This document shows positions 60,933 through 64,000 of a DNA stretch of 64,000 nucleotides, in pieces (within the stretch, counting starts at the first letter, position 1; each line of letters begins with the position of its first letter). The translations under genes were made by a program, and so were the position numbers. The DNA lies in contig JABHSG010000003.1 in the NCBI GenBank assembly GCA_018697095.1, positions 285,505 to 349,504 of the forward strand, given 5' to 3'. The notes under the pieces were generated by a model. The model was given only the letters and a program-made list of their open reading frames with translations, had not been told where the DNA came from and ran no database searches. The DNA comes from an archaeon. Its GTDB lineage: Archaea; Nanobdellota; Nanobdellia; Woesearchaeales; GW2011-AR9.

Positions 60933-61335
60933 CTGGTCTATCACGCGGTTTAATTTCTATTTTCAAAAATGTCTTTTTAGATTCATTACGTGCCTTAGAG
61001 ATATTTTGTGCTCTTAGTTTCAAACCAAGTACTAAAACTGTCATACCTAGTGTCAAACTAATTCCTACAACTATACTAAGTAGTAAGTCTGAAAGTACAA
61101 AAGCAGCATATGAAAAAGAAATGGTATTGCCAACACTCCAAAGAGCATACGAATAAACATTAGCACTAGATTTTTTATGAAAATACAAATCACGAATAGT
61201 TGGGAGATACGCACTAACAGAAATTACAGCAACGCCAGCGTATAAAATACTCAAAAGTCCAATAAACCATCCATTCATAAAAAAGAAAATGTAATGAGAT
61301 ATAAAAACAAACTGACACATAGTTCTATAAGACAA
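60907..61335 (-). CDS. 3-TM membrane protein, possibly PQ-loop/SemiSWEET-like (start likely internal, about 61278)
   Basis: LPTIRDLYFHKKSSANVYSYALW resembles the PQ-loop motif with Q replaced by T; weak. Confidence 0.35.
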   Translation of the reverse strand: MSYRTMCQFVFISHYIFFFMNGWFIGLLSILYAGVAVISVSAYLPTIRDLYFHKKSSANVYSYALWSVGNTISFSYAAFVLSDLLLSIVVGISLTLGMTVLVLGLKLRAQNISKARNESKKTFLKIEIKPRDRPAILPLILR

Positions 61336-61422
61336 ACTGACATATACTTTGCCTAAGCAAAGGTTTAGGGGTCTCGAAGAGTTCCCAAAAAGTTATAGAA
61401 CAGTAATTCTTTTTCTAAACTT

Positions 61423-62175
61423 TCACTTCTTCACAGCAATTTTCCATAACTGTTCGAAATGCTCAAGGTAAGTTTTAGCAACTCCTGAATTTTTAATCAT
61501 CACAGCGGTAACTGGTGTTCCCCAAGTGACAATTACTACTCTATCTCCATAGACAAATGTATTGGTTGGATTAAAATCACTAGTTTCTAAAAACCGATAT
61601 TTTGTTGTACTCGCAACTTTCTTACCAAAAGAAAATGCTTCTCCACCGCGACGTACAGAAATTACTCGCTCCTTAATTTTCTTCAAACGTAAATCTCTAA
61701 AATATTGTGGCATGAAATATGGGAGTGCTTCACTATATCTTGAGTCATCAAGTCCTGTAACGCAAACCTCAGTCCCAACATTTATTACATCTTTTAGAAA
61801 ATATTTGAGCCCTTCAGGCCCTTGGAACACTTCAACAAAAGTATCATCTCGCGGCAAGGCTTGCAGATGAGATAATTCAGGAAGTATCTGTCTCAATTTT
61901 TCTTCACGGCGCAAAAGCTTTTCTTTTTTCTCTTCTACATAATGGATCAACTTTTCAGGGTCAGCTGCTCTAAATATTTTCTTATTCCCTTTCAAAACAT
62001 AAGAAACAAGCCCTCTGGAAATTAGCTGTTCTAACTTATCATAAACATGCACTCGATAAATACTTGTACCTTTGCCTATGTCATATGCGCTTTGGCTTCC
62101 TTTTTGCAGCAAATAGACATAGATCGCAACCTCGTTTTGAGTAAGTCCTAATTCTCTAAGCGCTTCCAATTCCAT
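61423..62175 (-). CDS. TrmB-family transcriptional regulator (paralog 2)
   Basis: LGLTQNEVAIYVYLLQKGSQSAYDIGKGTSIYRVHVYDKLEQLISRGLV; paralog of 3868..4599. Confidence 0.8.
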   Translation of the reverse strand: MELEALRELGLTQNEVAIYVYLLQKGSQSAYDIGKGTSIYRVHVYDKLEQLISRGLVSYVLKGNKKIFRAADPEKLIHYVEEKKEKLLRREEKLRQILPELSHLQALPRDDTFVEVFQGPEGLKYFLKDVINVGTEVCVTGLDDSRYSEALPYFMPQYFRDLRLKKIKERVISVRRGGEAFSFGKKVASTTKYRFLETSDFNPTNTFVYGDRVVIVTWGTPVTAVMIKNSGVAKTYLEHFEQLWKIAVKK

Positions 62176-62297
62176 AACCTAGCAAATACTTCTCTCCAAT
62201 AAAAAGCTTTCGTACTAATCTGGTACGACTAGCTTTATTAAATAACTAGAAACCACTATGGAGTAACAACAAGTAACTCACTAAGAGGTGACAAACG

Positions 62298-62495
62298 ATG
62301 TGTAAGAAAAAATGTGATGGATGGTTCAAATGTAAGGAGTTTGCCAAAAAAGTGGTTGAAGAATCATCAAAAAAAATTGCAGAACTAATCATTGTAGGGC
62401 TAATACTTGGTGTTAGTCTCAAAATGCTACTTGCAATTCCAGCGGTACTTGTTGGAGTTACAGCAGCAAAGGCAATCACAACAAAACTCCTCTAA
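62298..62495 (+). CDS. small Cys/Lys-rich protein with C-terminal TM
   Basis: 65-aa ORF MCKKKCDGWFKCKEF... followed by a hydrophobic segment. Confidence 0.3.
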   Translation: MCKKKCDGWFKCKEFAKKVVEESSKKIAELIIVGLILGVSLKMLLAIPAVLVGVTAAKAITTKLL

Positions 62496-62540
62496 GAAGG
62501 AGCAACGAACAAAAACAAACAAAATCAAACAGGTGATAAA

Positions 62541-63480
62541 AATGAATGAAGACACAATCGCAGATACATATGTACAATTAGCTCATGAGCATGCAGATGC
62601 ACTAATTGCTGTAGGTGTGGCACAAGACATTAATCATTACAAACCATACTCTGATCAAACTCTTACTGTTCACCATTCTGTTGAATCTCTTATCTCTGGA
62701 GAAATAGATGCAGAAGATATCAAAGAACAAGTAAGGAAAATATATGATTCTGATAGGGTGTCCAATCTAAAAAAGGCAATTTCTACAGATCTTACTGCAA
62801 TGCCATTAGATCTTGCAGGTTTTGCTAAGGTAGTTAGTGGCCTACTTGTAAGTCCAGTATATAGTCGTAGAAAAACTGAAGCAGGTTTAGAAGGATTAAG
62901 TATGCCAGAAGAAATTGAATTTGGTTTAATTCAGAGCTATGCAAGGCATCTTGAAGAAGACGATTTTTCAAAAGGAAATCTAACACTTGGGGCAGAAGGA
63001 ATTGAATTTCTATTATCTCATGCACATTTAGAAAATTATCTTGCTGTTGTGGAAGATAGCACAAAACGCGAATCAATAAGGGATTATGTTTGTGCAGAAA
63101 ATCCATACAATCCACTAATGGTTCTCAAAAAAGTTCATGCAGATATTGCTGATGTTTCATTATCTAACGAAGAAAAAAAAGCATGGGAAGAAATCAGTAG
63201 ACAAGAAATTTACCTTAAAGAACGGGTAATGGAACCTCATTTCAACCATTTTTCAAATAGGAACAAAATTCCAGACCCTAATTCTCTGCCGACTGGATAT
63301 GAAAGAGAAGTTGCAAAAGATGCCATCATAATTCGAGAAGCAGTTGACTCTAGTCTCTTACAAGTGAGTGCAAATGACTTTGGACATTATGTGAAAAACC
63401 CAAACATTGCAAGTGTTATCGCAGGCCATGTTATTTTTGGAAGAGAAAAGAGTAACGTGTCCTATTATCCAGAAGACTAG
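62541..63480 (+). CDS. hypothetical protein
   Basis: Start at the ATG preceded by AGGTGATAAAA; 313 aa; no motif recognised. Confidence 0.5.
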
Positions 63481-63530
63481 TAGAGGACAAAATCAACAAA
63501 GACAAAACACAAAAAAATAGGTGATAAAAA

Positions 63531-64000
63531 TGACAGAAGAAAAAAATGAAATTGAAGCAAAAAAAGACTTCACAATTGAATTAAGAAAAGATATGAAAGA
63601 AAAATTCATCTCTGTGAACGCAAATAAAAATCAATTTGCAGTGGACTTAGACAAACTAACAGCGTACCAACTAGCACAATTAGTTAGTCAATACAATCAC
63701 TTCCCAAAAGAGATTGTTAGTTTTCTAATTTGGGCTCGTAAAAATTCAATCAAGCAAAATTGGCATGCAGTTACAAATGAACTTACAAGGAACATTGGTG
63801 AAGAATTAGGGACCCAGAGTCTTGGATTTACACATTACCAAATTTTGCTTGACGGATTAAAAAATGGACTTGGTGCAAATTTTCATGGATCATTTCCAAG
63901 TACCTACACTACTGGTTTTGTAAATGGAATAACAAATGTTATGCAAAATGAAAGCGCAGAGTTCACTACTGGTGCAGCTTATGCTTTGGAAGCTTCAGCA
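63531..64000 (+). CDS. hypothetical protein, 3'-truncated by the window end
   Basis: ATG preceded by AGGTGATAAAA; open frame runs to the window end. Confidence 0.45.

Overview
AT-rich 64 kb window that reads as archaeal. Archaeal markers present: transcription factor B (TFB), ribosomal proteins eL42 (L44e) and eS27, aIF2-alpha, Nop10, GatD, archease, the L1-P0-P1 ribosomal stalk cluster, archaeal-type AlaRS, and two intron-containing tRNAs. Several bacterial-type genes also sit here (GHPDK-type MetK and a grpE-dnaK-dnaJ operon), which is consistent with a small-genome archaeon that has acquired genes horizontally (inference). Dense core content: alaS, argS, the eL42-eS27-aIF2a-Nop10 cluster, tfb, gatD, dut, trmI, L1/P0/P1 and an ABC exporter. 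Accessory content: (i) an islet holding a polymerase-beta-like nucleotidyltransferase (NTase), a NUDIX hydrolase, a Bro-N/DinD-like protein, an AbrB-PhoU regulator and a small Zn-ribbon ORF; (ii) a methyl-cycle gene set, with AhcY, a PfkB (adenosine-kinase-like) kinase directly upstream of a canonical SET-domain methyltransferase, and MetK; (iii) cell-envelope genes: two GT2 glycosyltransferases, a DUF368 polyprenyl-phosphate transporter, a ~963-aa LamG/FN3 surface protein, an extremely acidic C-terminally anchored protein, and several Cys-rich secreted proteins; (iv) a tandem pair of large paralogous PIN-like proteins. Non-coding observations: a ~50-bp bipartite palindromic element present at two loci, a 53-bp perfect direct repeat duplicating a gene's 3' end, an (AAT)~15 microsatellite in the metK promoter, and palindromic GTAC repeats in a regulator promoter. 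No CRISPR array, rRNA, transposase or integrase gene was seen. The ORF track misses eS27 and two small Zn-ribbon ORFs, and calls spurious ORFs over both tRNAs.
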